Source of the DNA: Zootoca vivipara
Lineage: Eukaryota
Assembly: GCF_963506605.1 (NCBI RefSeq)
Contig: NC_083282.1
Coordinates: 23,498,001-23,562,000 of the forward strand
Length of the DNA: 64,000 bases
Direction: 5' to 3'
Positions 11,737-23,455 of the stretch are shown here, piece by piece; within the stretch, counting starts at the first letter, position 1; the number at the start of each line of letters is the position of its first letter. The notes under the pieces are model-generated. The model made no database searches, was not told the origin of the DNA, and saw only the letters and a list, made by a program, of their open reading frames with translations. A program made the translations under genes and the position numbers.

Positions 11737-13085
11737 TTGTTAGGAGATCGTTATTTCCTTCAGAAATCTACCAGTACGTTTTCCAGTGTGGGTTGAACAG
11801 TCAATCCCTCTTCCTAAGAATTCTGGCAATTTTAGCTCTGTGAGAGGAATAGGGGTATCCTAACAACTCTTAGCACCCGTAACAAACTACACAGATTCTG
11901 ATTTTTCCCCTTGGAGGTTTTAATTTTTAAAAACGATATATCTTTCCACTGTGAGGATGTGTTGACTCTTAAAGTGCTGCAGATTAGATACCTGGCTTAG
12001 ATTTTTAATCGTTAAAATTCTCATGTCATCATCTCGTGATAGGAACATAACGCAAACAGCTCAGCAAAGTCAACATACCCACCCAACGTTTTATGTTCCC
12101 AAATCACTCCTTTAGCTAATGTTTCCAAGATGTACCACGCGACACATCTGGCGCAAACCAAACATTTTCAGTCCGTTGGATCGCAATGTCAATATTTGCC
12201 CATGAAATGTAGAGACATTTTATGAAGATCTCAAGCTACGAGGAAAGTCAAAGGGCTATTACCGGATTGTTCCCAGCTTTCAATCAAAGTTACATCTCAG
12301 CCAAGGCATGTGCTAAATAAATGTAATCTTGGAGTTCCTGGGACCAGGAAGTGAAAATCTGTTGCTGAGCTTTTTTATTGGGGGGCGGCGGCAAAGTTGT
12401 TGAGCTTCTTTTTGGCAAAATCGCACAAAAAATGCTGTCGTTTTGAGCTATTTTAATGGGAAATTGGCAGCAATGACACAGCTGCCACGGGCTGCCATAG
12501 ATCCTGATTTTCCCAGACATGCTGCCGGCTGAAGTATTCTGGATATGTCCGGGAAATTCAGGACATATGGCATCTCTCCCTGGGTAATGCTTAGCTCTTG
12601 GCTTGGGTCACTTAGGCCTGTGTCTCTCGTACCTTTTTGAACACAGAACCCCTTTCCATACTTACTCGGCTGGTGGGGGAAGAAAACACCCCTCTGCTAT
12701 AGGAGCTTATCTTTCTTGGATATTTGCATACTCCTTTCAAGTGTCATGTGCCAAGGAAGAGGTGCTCCCACAATTTGGAAAGCAGTGAGTTACACAGATG
12801 CCAGACATCACCAGTGGAAGAAGAATATCATTTAGAATAGAATAGAATAGAATAGAATAATAATTTATCGGCCAAGTACCAACATACTTGGAATTTTGTT
12901 TCGGCTTACATTGCAATGTAAACACAATTTAGATGGAACAATAGTATTAAAAGCTGATCTAAAGTCCACAAACAAAACTCGCACATAGCCCACAGGGAAT
13001 CCAGATGTTGCAGGATGTAGTGCAATGCCATGTTGACCGTACATCCTTTTCCCAGATCACCAGTGGAGTGATTTATGGTATTTTT

Positions 13086-13166
13086 CAGTGCTGTTTTTCT
13101 AGAGGTTGTTCTGAGAGGTGCCGGAACTGAGTTCCGGTGAGTTCCGGCTGGGAAAAAAAGCCCTTG
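13086..13166. mobile_element. Small hAT-like MITE
   Basis: Ends CAGTGCTGTTTTT / AAAAAAAGCCCTTG with internal CCGGAACT palindrome; related copy at 37161-37272. Confidence 0.65.
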
Positions 13167-15129
13167 TATTTCCCCCTCATAGATTGTGAATCTTCCTTAA
13201 TGTGAGTCAAGAAGAGGAACTGCAAATCTAGATCCATGAGTACACAATCTGAGACAAGATTCACCAAGGCTTTAGCTTTTTGTTGAGGCTTGTGGTCCTT
13301 TTAGTACAGATAAATGCCGTCAGTAAATATCTAATTTTGCAGCATTTGGATGCTAACGGCTTTCTGGCAGCATTTAATAGTTGCTGCATCGCCATCTTAT
13401 TGGCATGGGGATGTGAGCTAGGCCAAAGGATGAGAAAACGGGTAGCAAAATATAACTGTTGTGTAGTTTATCGAATGTATAAAACTTTGTCATGGATCCT
13501 TCCAAAGTTTTTGTAACTTCAGAGTACAGTCCTCTGCTCAGAAATAAGTTTTGTTGCGTATAGATTAAGTGGATATAGGGTTTAGCCTACATTAACTATT
13601 AGGACTGTCTCAGTGTTCTGCTGTCTCAGTTTGCTACAGGCATGTGTCCCCTTGTTCTCTCACAAAACAATGCTTTTAACCTCTTTTGAAATGTTGTCCT
13701 TTGAGTACTTGCTACCAAGTCAGCAGCTCATTGGTGTCAGAAGTGCTTGACTATCATAACCGCACCAAAATATAGATAGGCAAACAGCCAGTGCCACTGA
13801 AACAATTGGCACCCTTTATTTATGACCGGGGCAATTTTCACAGCCTCAGCTGTAATTTAGGCTATTCTGAATGGAAGTTTGTTTGTATAATATGGCTTCA
13901 AATGTCATATTGTAAAAAAGAAAATCTAGCATGCCACTTCATTCTTTATGTAACGATCTATTTGATTGCCTCCAGTTTTAAAAAGTGAAACGCACACAAA
14001 CATTGGTGACAGTGTCCTCGTGTAAGCATTTTATTTATACAACTTAAGTGGATTTAGCAACACTGGTAGTGTAAATGGAATGATAAAAGAATCAGGTATA
14101 TGGTGCTTCATTGTAACACATATGATATGCTGAGTTAACCTGAAAGAAAGTGAAGTTTTTGCCTGTTGCAGGCAGGATGATTGCTATATTCTCCTCTACT
14201 AACCACTTCAATTGGTTTATCAGTAACGGACAATCTTCTCAGTCATTTCTCCTTCCTAGTTTCTGTGCCATTGGGAACTGCTGCTCTTGATTTTCTCCTC
14301 CTCCTCTAAGATAAGAGTGGACCCAGCTGTAAGCATGACACACACACAAAGTCATTGTGGAGAAAGGATTTACGCTACTGTATCTTATTAGTTGGGTCAT
14401 TTCTTCACGCTTGAAACTCATTACGTTAATGTAGTGCTCTAAAAGACAGCAGCCACACAACAATGCCAGGAGGCTTAACCCCATAATCCACGGCAAAGGT
14501 CTGGCAAAGAATTATAGTCCTTTCACAGAGCCCAATCCCACAATGCAGCAATACCAAAGCAATTGGCTTTAAGCCAACTGAGTCTCACCGAAATTGATGG
14601 GGACCAAGTGGCTGGAATCCACGTTCTTTGGTTTAGCTAGGTTGCTGTAGGTGAGGTTGATGAATGGCAAGCAGTTCGAATAGAGCTTTGAGAAAGTTAC
14701 GCCATAGTCTGAGGATTCAGATCAATCTTCCTCCCAAGAGCTTTTTGCATTGCAACTTTCAGATTTGCAAGTGAAGTGATTTGCATTGTTATTAAAACAA
14801 AAACAATCAATGTGTGATTATCTCACAAAGGCTTGGATTTTGACACCAAGTTGACACACCCTGATGGGATGATGTTGATGCCACAGCTGATGTGATCAGA
14901 CAGGGTACGCACTACTGAACAGTTACCGTAATAGAGAAAGTTGATAGAGAGGAGTTTTCCTCCCTCTCTCATAATACTACAACTCAGGCCCATCCAGGGA
15001 AGCTGAATATGGGAAGATTCAGGGCAGACAAGAGAAGCAACCAATTTGCACTCTCATTAAAACAAAACAAACTACTGTATTGATCAGGCTATCGTTGCTG
15101 ATGACGACTTCCATTATGTTCTACCACCA

Positions 15130-15305
15130 ATGTCAGAGGCAGAATGCCTCTGTTTACCAATTGCTGGGGATCCTAAGGGGTGAAGAGCCCTGTGGCCCTT
15201 TGGTCATGCTTGTGGGGCTTCCCATAGGAATCTGACCACTGTGAAAACAGGATAATGGACCAGAATGCCTTTGGTCTGATCCTGTAGGCCCCTTCTTATG
15301 TCCTC
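15130..15305 (+). mobile_element. Old CR1 (L3-like) 3' end
   Basis: Terminal ...TGGTCTGATCC...CTTCTTATGT motif; related pieces at 17600 (-), 54195 and 61325. Confidence 0.65.
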
Positions 15306-15307
15306 AT

Positions 15308-15450
15308 ATGGATGGTTGGCATCTGCCTGTTTCGGGAGACAATGGAGAAGTGCGCCTTTGGGGACGGAAGTCAGACCTGCTGTGGCTGTGGAGACCAATA
15401 CGGGAGAGACATGTTTTGTTGCAGCTGGGGCAACCGTGGAGCCCTCCGGG
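15308..15450 (-). mobile_element. RTE-clade LINE 3' end (non-BovB lineage)
   Basis: Encodes CPSCNKTCLSRIGLHSHSR, the C-terminal zinc-finger motif of RTE ORFs; terminal CCATTGTCTC..ACAGGCAG.TGCCAA shared with 23421-23452. Confidence 0.75.
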
Positions 15451-16019
15451 TTGTTCCTGAATGTTATGTTGTGAATAAAGGAAGAGCGTAAATACAGCAG
15501 GGATGGGAAATCTGCAGGTGCAGTTATAACTCTGAGATGCTGCTCTTCTAGCTCTGACCATTTGGCCACACTGTCCAGGGCAGTTGGGAGATGAGTCCAG
15601 CAATCCCTGGAAAGACACAAGTTCTCCCTGCCATACAGCGTTCTTGCTTTTACTGGACTGCACGATGCCGCCCTTGCTTCTTTTGCCCTTTATGCTACTG
15701 TAAACTTCACCCAGGTTATTAGGATCAATGTCTTTCCTATTCAAGACCCCTACCCCCCACCCTCATGTCTGCATGGGTGTGAGCACACTCTCCCATGTAA
15801 AGGCTCCTTGCAGTTGGATGTGCCAAGTGCACAGTTGCCACTGCAATTCTGCTGAAATCAGGAGTGTTGCACCATAGATGGAGATGTCTCAATATCTTTC
15901 CTTCTGGGTGTTATGTGTGGAAGGTCACAACTTCCCTTGAAGCCTGTGGCTTTAAAAGAGAAAGAGAGCAAGAGAGAGATTCTCCTTTAAGAAGCACCAG
16001 TACTATGACACACCTGCCA

Positions 16020-16210
16020 GATTCATAGAGTTGGAAGATCCCTCAAAGGTCATCTAGCCCAACCGCCAGTCGTTGCAAGTAATGCACTTCTCCAGCCTCT
16101 GCTTAAGAACGTCTAACAAAATAAAATCCACCCCCTTCCAAAGTGGTCTGTTTCACTGAGGAACAGCTCGTACTATCAGGAAAGTCTTCTGAATGTTTAC
16201 TCAGAAATAC
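16020..16210 (-). mobile_element. Degenerate CR1 3' fragment
   Basis: Similar to the 3' end of the adjacent CR1. Confidence 0.7.
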
Positions 16211-16242
16211 CAATCCAAAGGACATGCTACAAAAGAAAAGAG

Positions 16243-17075
16243 GAATCATAGAATCATACAGCTGTAGAGTTGGAAGGGACCCCGAGGGTCATCTATTCCA
16301 ACCCCCTGCAATGCAGGAATCTCAGCTAAAGCATCCATGACAGATAGACACCCAACCTCTGCTTAAAAACTCCCAAGGAAGGAGAGTCTACCATCTCCCA
16401 AGCGAATCTGTTCCACTGCTGAGCAGCACTGACTGTTAGAAAGTTGTTCCTGATGTTTAGTCAGACTCAGAATCTCTTGTAACTTGAAGCCATTGGTTCA
16501 AGTCCTACCCTCAAGAGCAGGAGAAAACAAGCTTGTTCCCTCTTCCATGTGACAGCCCTTGATATATTTGAATATGGCTATCATATCTCCTCTCTCTCTC
16601 CTCTTTTCCAGGCTAAACATACCCAGCTCCTTCAAGCGCTCCCCATAAGGCTTAGCTTCCAGACCCTTGATCATCTTGGTTGCCCTCCTCTGCACACGTT
16701 CCAGCTTGTCAATATCCTTCTTAAATTGTGGTGCCCAGAATTGGACACAGTATTCCAGGTGTGGTCTGACCAAGGCAGAATAGAGTGGGACTATTACTTC
16801 CCTTGATCTGGACACTATACTTCTGTTAATGCAGCCTAGTATAGCATTAGTTTTTCTTTGCTGCTCATCACACTGTTGGTTCTTGTTAAGCTTATGGTCC
16901 ACTAAGACCCCTAGATCCTTTTGACATGTACTGCTAGTAAGCAAGGTGTCCCCCATTTTATATTTGTGCGTCTGGTTCTTCCAGCCTAAGTACAGAACTT
17001 TAACATTTGTCCTTGTTGAAATTCATTTTGGGCCCAGTTCTCCAATCTGTTAAGCTCATTTTGAACCCTGATTGT
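16243..17075 (-). mobile_element. CR1 LINE 3' fragment (ORF2 C-terminus)
   Basis: KDLGVLVD...[39 protein letters not shown]...[10 protein letters not shown]; ATTCTATG-type tail. Confidence 0.97.
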
Positions 17076-17089
17076 CTTTTGCGACATTA

Positions 17090-17364
17090 GTCCACAGACA
17101 GCTTTCCGGGTCATATGGCCAGCATGACTAAACCACTTCTGGCGCAATGGGACACTGTAACAGAAGCCAGAGCGCACGGAAATGCTGTTTACCTTCCCAC
17201 TGCAGTGGTACCTATTTATCTACTTGCACCGGTGTGCTTTCGAACTGCTAGGTTGGCAGGAGGTGGGACAGAGCTCACCCTGTCGCGGGGCTTCGAACCG
17301 CAGACCTTCTGATTGGCAAGCCCAAGAGGCTCAGTGGTTTAGACCCTAGCACCACCTGTGTCCC
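17090..17364 (-). mobile_element. Sauria SINE, 3'-truncated
   Basis: Colinear with the other Sauria copies. Confidence 0.9.
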
Positions 17365-17599
17365 TTGTCCTTAGTGCCCTAAGCCAGTGGACAGAGTATG
17401 CATCCCTTTGGATTTGGCAACCTAGGGGCAATTGGCAGTTTGAACAGGGTGTTTTCTCTTGCAGGGAAGTGGGGAATCAAGGCTGTCATGTGCAGCAGCG
17501 GATGAGCAACCCCGGCTACATGCACACAAATGATTTAGGGGCAGTAGCAAGTGATGAGAAATCTTTTGGAGAGTCCCTGGCAGAGTTGACCATACTGGG

Positions 17600-18780
17600 C
17601 TACATAAGAAGAGCCTACTGGATTGGACCCCAGCCTCATTTATTTCAGCATCCTGTTCTCACAGTGACTGACCCGATGCCTATGGTAACCCCGAACTCAG
17701 GACCTGAGCGCAACAACACTCTCCCTGTTTCTGTTTCCAAGCAGCTGGTATTCAGAGGCATGCACTGTGGATAGCCTTATCCCCCATGAGTTGGTCTAAT
17801 CCTCTTTTAATGCCACCTGAGTTCGTCACCACATCTTGTGGCAGTGAGTTCCATATCACATATCATAGAATTGTGAGTTGGAATGGACCCTGAGGTTCGC
17901 ATTTCCCACAAAATGCGGGAATAGTTTAGCAATCCTCTGTATGAAGAAGAAGTACTTCCAATTAAAAGAATTTAAGGAATTATCTGGGAAATTAACAACA
18001 TGGTCACAATATCACCATTTGAATGAAATATTTAAGAAAGATAGGATACAAGGGTTTGGGGAACAAATATCACAACTGGAGAGAGACCTGTTGGAATGTA
18101 ATGGAAAAGTGTTGTCTAAAATATTATTGGAATAGGAGACAAAGGATGGGCAAGTAATATCCTCAATTAAACACTGGGCAATGGATATCGGTCATAATAT
18201 AGATGTGGAAGCATGGGAACGATTATGGAATATAGATATAAAATTTACAGCATGTTATGGTTTAAGAGAAAATGATATGAAAATGATATATCGTTGGTAT
18301 CTAACGCCAAGTAAACTGGCAAAAATGTATAAATCAAAATCAAACAAGGGTTGAAAATGTAAAGAGAAAGAAGGTTCTTTGTATCATATGTGGTGGTCTT
18401 GTAGTAAGGTTAAAGCTTACTGGGAAATGGTATGAAGAAGGACTTCCTTGCCTACCCTGAACCTCCCAACACTCAGCTTCACTGAATATTCCAGAGTTCA
18501 AGCGTTACAGGAGAGGGAGATTTACTTTGTTCAAAACCGTAAAATTTTTTGTATACCTCTCTATTGTGTCTCCTCTCACTCGTCTTTTTTCTAAACTAAA
18601 AAACAAAACAAAACCCAACTGTTGTAACCTTTCCTCATCGCAGAGTTGCTCCATCCCCTCGATCATTTTGCTTGCTCTTTTCTGATCCTCTCCCCCCCCC
18701 CCTCCCCAGCTCCACAATATCGTTTTTGAGGTGAGGCAACCAGAACGGTACGTTGTATCCCCAATGCAGTCTCATCATCA
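17600..18780 (-). mobile_element. Old CR1 fragment interrupted by an L1 piece
   Basis: CR1 3' end at 17600; ORF2 remnant QKRASKMIEGMEQLCDEERLQQLG..FSLEKRRVRGD at 18560-18690. Confidence 0.75.
17960..18429 (+). mobile_element. L1-clade ORF2 internal fragment (Cys-rich C-terminal domain)
   Basis: Translation ...WERLW...KMIYRWYLTPSKLAKMY...KCKEKEGSLYHMWWSCSKVKAYW with in-frame stops; L1 CCHC-type motif. Confidence 0.9.
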
Positions 18781-19638
18781 AGATTTGTGTAATGGTTAGA
18801 CCGACAAATAAGGCAGCTTTCTGTGTTTCTTACTACGTAACAGCAGATGCAAAGGAAGTCCCCCAAACCTGAATAGTATTCACTGTTCATTGTCAGGAGA
18901 ATGATTTCTCTATATTCTATAAGATGTTTAAGACATGGTCTTGTGCACGTTTACTCAGGCACAAGTATCTATGAGTGTAGTGGGGCTTACTCTCCAGTAG
19001 GTGTGCGTCTCGAATAGTGTCCTTAGCGAAATTTATGGGAACAAGTTTCTCCCTCATATGCACGCTGCTTTTTAGGGAATTCCAGACTAGCATAAAGAAC
19101 CGATGAAGTGTTCTTTCCCATGGCTATTTTACTGGAGAGCTGGGCAACAAAGATCTCAGAATATGCATCTGTGTCAAAAAGGAATGTTTTCAAAGTCTCT
19201 GTGTGAAAAGGACTGATGCCCTCGCGCTGCTGACTTATTATTTATTGAAGCTTTCATAGGAAGCTAGAGGCTAAATCTTGCTGTGAATTTGATAGTTAAA
19301 TCTGAACCTTTGCTCAAACTTCCTGGAGCTCAGTCAGGCCTGACAAAGTGTCATTGATTCTAGAGTAAAGAGAATTGCATGCTTGTCCCGAAACAAGTAG
19401 GCAGTTTTGTCTCCATTTTGGGCTTGTTCTGCACAGACACCGTCTCATTTTATTAAATTAGCCCCACAATGTCTGTACACTTTCTATTTATTGTGGACAC
19501 TGAGACAAATCTTTGATCAGTCTAGTGCAGTGTTGTCTAGACCAGGTGTGAGAAACCCCCGGCCCACCAGGCTAGCCAATTTGGCTTGTGTAACCATTTT
19601 TTTACTAGCCACACTCACTTGTTACTGACCTGACATTA

Positions 19639-19740
19639 CAGTGGAACTTCGACTTACGTACGGCTCTACTTACGTACGATTCCAGTTACAACCTTCAGTA
19701 GGTGCTTCGACTTATGAACTTTCCTCTAGATACGAATGAT
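19639..19740. mobile_element. Tc1/mariner (pogo/Tigger-like) terminal fragment
   Basis: TA + CAGTGGAACTTCGACTTACG terminus with repeated ACTTACG subterminal motifs. Confidence 0.6.
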
Positions 19741-19911
19741 AACATAACATAATAACATAACAAAACATTATGCAGTGAAAAGCTTCCCTATACAGGTCTT
19801 ACAGGTCCCCACCCTCTTTCGATGACAATGTGTGTATTACTTTACTTCAAAATGGAGTAAGCCAGTGCTGTGCTAGCGAGACCCTGGAATTCTTGTTACT
19901 CATCTCCTTGA

Positions 19912-20270
19912 ATTATGGTGCTGGAGGAGACTCTTGAGAGTCCCATGGACTGCAAGAAGATCAAACCTATCCATTCTGAAGGAAATCAGCCCTGAGTGCT
20001 CACTGGAAGGACAGATCGTGAAGCTGAGGCTCCAATACTTTGGCCACCTCATGAGAAGAGAAGAATCCTTGGAAAAGACCTTGATGTTGGGAAAGATGGA
20101 GGGCACTAGGAGAAGGGGACGACAGAGGACGAGATGGTTGGACAGTGTCCTCGAAGCTACGAACATGAGTTTGACCAAACTGCGGGAGGCAGTGGAAGAC
20201 AGGAGTGCCTGGCGTGCTATGGTCCATGGGGTCACGAAGAGTCGGACACGACTAAACAACTAAACAACAA
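19912..20270 (+). mobile_element. RTE-BovB-like LINE 3' fragment
   Basis: Open BovB C-terminal frame (ORF 19934-20263); TSD CATCTCCTTGA (19901-19911, 20271-20281); inserted in an L2 fragment. Confidence 0.96.
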
Positions 20271-20445
20271 CATCTCCTTGACACATGGTGGGAGGAAGTT
20301 CTACAGGGTGGGTGCCACTACCGAGAAGGCCCCCTGCCTGGTTCCCTGCAGCTTTACTTCTCACAGTGACAGTGAGGGAAGCACCAGAAGACCTTGGGTG
20401 CTGGATCTCAGTATCCAGGCTGAACGATAGGGGTAGAGATGCTCG
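20271..20445 (-). mobile_element. L2 3' region fragment
   Basis: Reverse complement of the 3160-3305 region. Confidence 0.85.
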
Positions 20446-20966
20446 CCACCAGACATCGTTCAGTTTATTGAGGGAAGGTAGCTTCCTTAAAATGCTACCT
20501 GCATGACATGGCACTGGTATACGGATATGATCCAAGGATCGCTTTTCATGTAACTTTAAGAGGCAGTGGCTACACACACTCAAGTCACGCATGTCTGTTT
20601 CTAATGAAAGAGCTACACAGACATCAAGTCCCACTGGGTTCAAAAGAGCTTCCTTCCTGCTTAGCATGGTTAGGACCTTGCAGTCAATGCATATGTACTT
20701 GAAAGAAACTTCTATTACCTTCAAGGGACTTACTCCCAAGAAGTGTGCATAGGATTGCAGCATGTTCAGCAACTATGGAATGTTGATTGACAGAGTAAGT
20801 GGAATCCTGAATAGCAGAAGGCCACACTGGTTTGTTGCCGGTCCTGCTTATAACTATGCTATCTATGTAATCTTCTCTTGACAATGATGCACATAGGCAA
20901 TTCTCAGCTCTGGACTTAATGGCCTTACAGGTCCCCACCCTCTTTAGATGACAATGTGTGTATTAC

Positions 20967-21261
20967 AGGCAGGTGTGGGGGACTCCCTGGTCCTGAATGG
21001 GGTAACTGTGCCCCTGAAGGACCAGGTGCACAGCCTGGGAGTCATTTTGGACTCACAGCTGTCCATGGAGGCGCAGGTTAATTCTGTATCCAGGGCAGCT
21101 GTCTACCAGCTCCATCTGGTACGCAGGCTGAGACCCTACCTGCCCACAGACTGTCTTGCCAGAGTGGTGCATGCTCTGGTTATCTCCCGCTTGGACTACT
21201 GCAATGCGCTCTACGTGGGGCTACCTTTGAAGGTGACCCGGAAACTACAATTAATCCAGAA
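20967..21261 (+). mobile_element. L2 ORF2 internal fragment
   Basis: VHSLGVILDSQLSMEAQV...VVHALVISRLDYCNALYVGLP...LQLIQN, the L2 RT-distal motif. Confidence 0.93.
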
Positions 21262-22734
21262 TACAATTAATTCAAAATGCAGTAAGCCAGTGCTGTGCTG
21301 GGGAGACCCTGCTCATTCCACTGAGTGAGACCCAGGAATTCTGCCTCAAAACCCTGCCCTGATGTGGTGCCGCCGCTGTCCATTGGCGAGCTGGAGGAAT
21401 GCATCAAACTAGGAACTGCGGAGATGTTAATCTAGCGACTACTCCCATGAGATTCAAATGGGCTGTAAGTTAGAAACGACTGTCAAGTCGAATTAGCATG
21501 TCATGTTGCACTGTTATGAGTAAGTCCCTGGGAGCAAGTGAGCCTCGTGGAATTCGGTGGAGCTTACTCCTGAGCAAGCCTGTAAAGGAACAGGCTGCAC
21601 ATTTTGCGCCATGATTAGGAAGGATGCTTCCCAGCAGACTTTCCGTAGGAAAGCAGCTCGCAGGAAATGCATGCGTAAACCTGGAGATGCTCTCTGCAAT
21701 CCCACCAGCACACTGAGTGGGCAAAGCATGGCAAGTGGTTTTATTGGTTTTGCCTCGGGGGCTGTCTTTCTCATATTCAGAACAATCAATCTGGAACGAA
21801 GCATTAAAAACGCGCGCACACGTATCCAGCTTTCAAGTTTTTGACCACAGGCATCTTAAAATATGAATGGGATGACCCAGAATTCAGGAGGAGGAATCTA
21901 TATTGAGGAATGAAAAGATTTGAGTCCAAGGGTCAAATGAATCTTAAAGACATTGCAAGGAGAGCAGTGAGAGGTTACTGGGAAGCAGAAAGCTGGCCCT
22001 ACCTCAAATCTTGCCTCCCTACCATGGGCTCCGAAGGTGGCCTCTCTGTCTTTCCATCTGCAGCAGTAAAATGGGGAGAGAAATCATGACCTATCTTACA
22101 GGGGAAATACTGCTTAGAAATTCTAAAGCATGGTTTAAAAACACCCAAAGTTTTCTAGCTTCAGTTGTCTTATGAGAACTTACGGGTTATTTTGTTCCTT
22201 TGCAGCTGCAATCTTTTTGCCCAGTCACTCGGAGCTCAGGGATGGGTCCATGCTTTCTAGGCAATAGTAATACTTCTGGGATTGTGCTATGCTTGTCTGT
22301 TGAAGTATGGGAATCCTACTACAGTATGCCTTTTTTTGTCTTTGGGGTGCTGTCGCGCCTCATATGTCGGGAGAGAGAGAAAAGGAGAGACACACACACA
22401 GAGAGAGAATCATGTCACACTGGGGTCTCCCTGGTCTGGTGGGCATGAAGCAGTGGAAGCACTCAAGAATCGTTCATTCCTTCATTCCTTCATTCATTTA
22501 TAGCACTTAAGGAGGTATACAGGAATTAAAAATAACAGTACATACCCAAAATACCAATTAGAAACGAAACCAGAATCATTGTCAAAACAAAACCATTTTT
22601 TACAGCCTGTCTCTAGTTAGGCAAGGATGGGACCAACCTAGTCTCCCTAGGGAGGGAATTCCACAGCTGGGGCACGGCTACAGAAAACGATCTGGTTCCT
22701 TGCCTCTCTCGGTGGTGGAATATACAGCAAGGCC

Positions 22735-23455
22735 TCTGGCGAAGGTGGTACATTTCAGGAAAGCTGGAACAGAAGAGGGCTTGTTTACAGGAGAGGAGCA
22801 GGTAGGGCCTGTACAACCTGGGAGGGTAGCCCATCTTGGAGAAGGAAAACTATTATCATAAACCAGGCATCCCCAAACTGTGGCCCTCCAGGTGTTTTGG
22901 CCTACAACTCCCATGATCCCTAGCTGACCAGTGGCCGGGGGAGATGGGAATTGTAGTCCAAAACATCTGGAGGGCCGAAGTTTGGGGATGCCTGTCATAA
23001 ACCTCCGCTACCTTTTGGCTGTACTCATTTGTGAGAAAGGCTTTTGGGGTAAGCCCTGAGGAACAATCCATAACCTTCTGCCTTTTGGGACACCTCTGGG
23101 AAAAGGCTAAGGAATAAGCTCTATACAAATACGGGATGGAGTCCCTAAGGCGGTGGGATGGCGTGTTGTATGCCTCTTTCCGGCAACTCCTGCAGTGAAG
23201 GCGGTGCCAAATGTATTGCTCTGCTTTCCTTTGAACCACGTCAGCGAGGCCGAGAGGTGGGTATTGTCATCCGGGGCAGCCCTGGACCTCCATGCACACT
23301 GCCCAGGTTTGTGCCCCAGAGAGGTCACTTTGGTGCTGTCAATGCATCAAAAACAACAACGTGGGAAGCAGCAGGGGTTGTGATTCTGCAGCTTTTTAAC
23401 TTCACCCCCCCCCCAGGCGCACTCCATTGTCTCTTGAGACAGGCAGGTGCCAAAG
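22735..23455 (+). mobile_element. Putative non-autonomous RTE derivative (5' UTR-like region joined to RTE 3' end)
   Basis: 22780-23030 is homologous to 47905-48040 (-) and has the GGAGAAGGAAAACT motif recalled from RTE 5' UTRs; it ends in the same terminus as the RTE at 15308. Confidence 0.6.
22864..22994. mobile_element. hAT MITE nested in the RTE derivative
   Basis: TIR CAGGCATCCCCAAACT / AGTTTGGGGATGCCTG; perfect TSD TCATAAAC. Confidence 0.95.

Noticed and set aside
12290-12360. Terminal exon IFTSWSQELQDYIYLAHALAEM
   Set aside because: Protein-like, but the acceptor lacks a pyrimidine tract and abuts transposon-like sequence.
19912-20270. Ruminant contamination (BovB)
   Set aside because: BovB-type RTEs are native to squamates and these copies have TSDs within lizard repeats.
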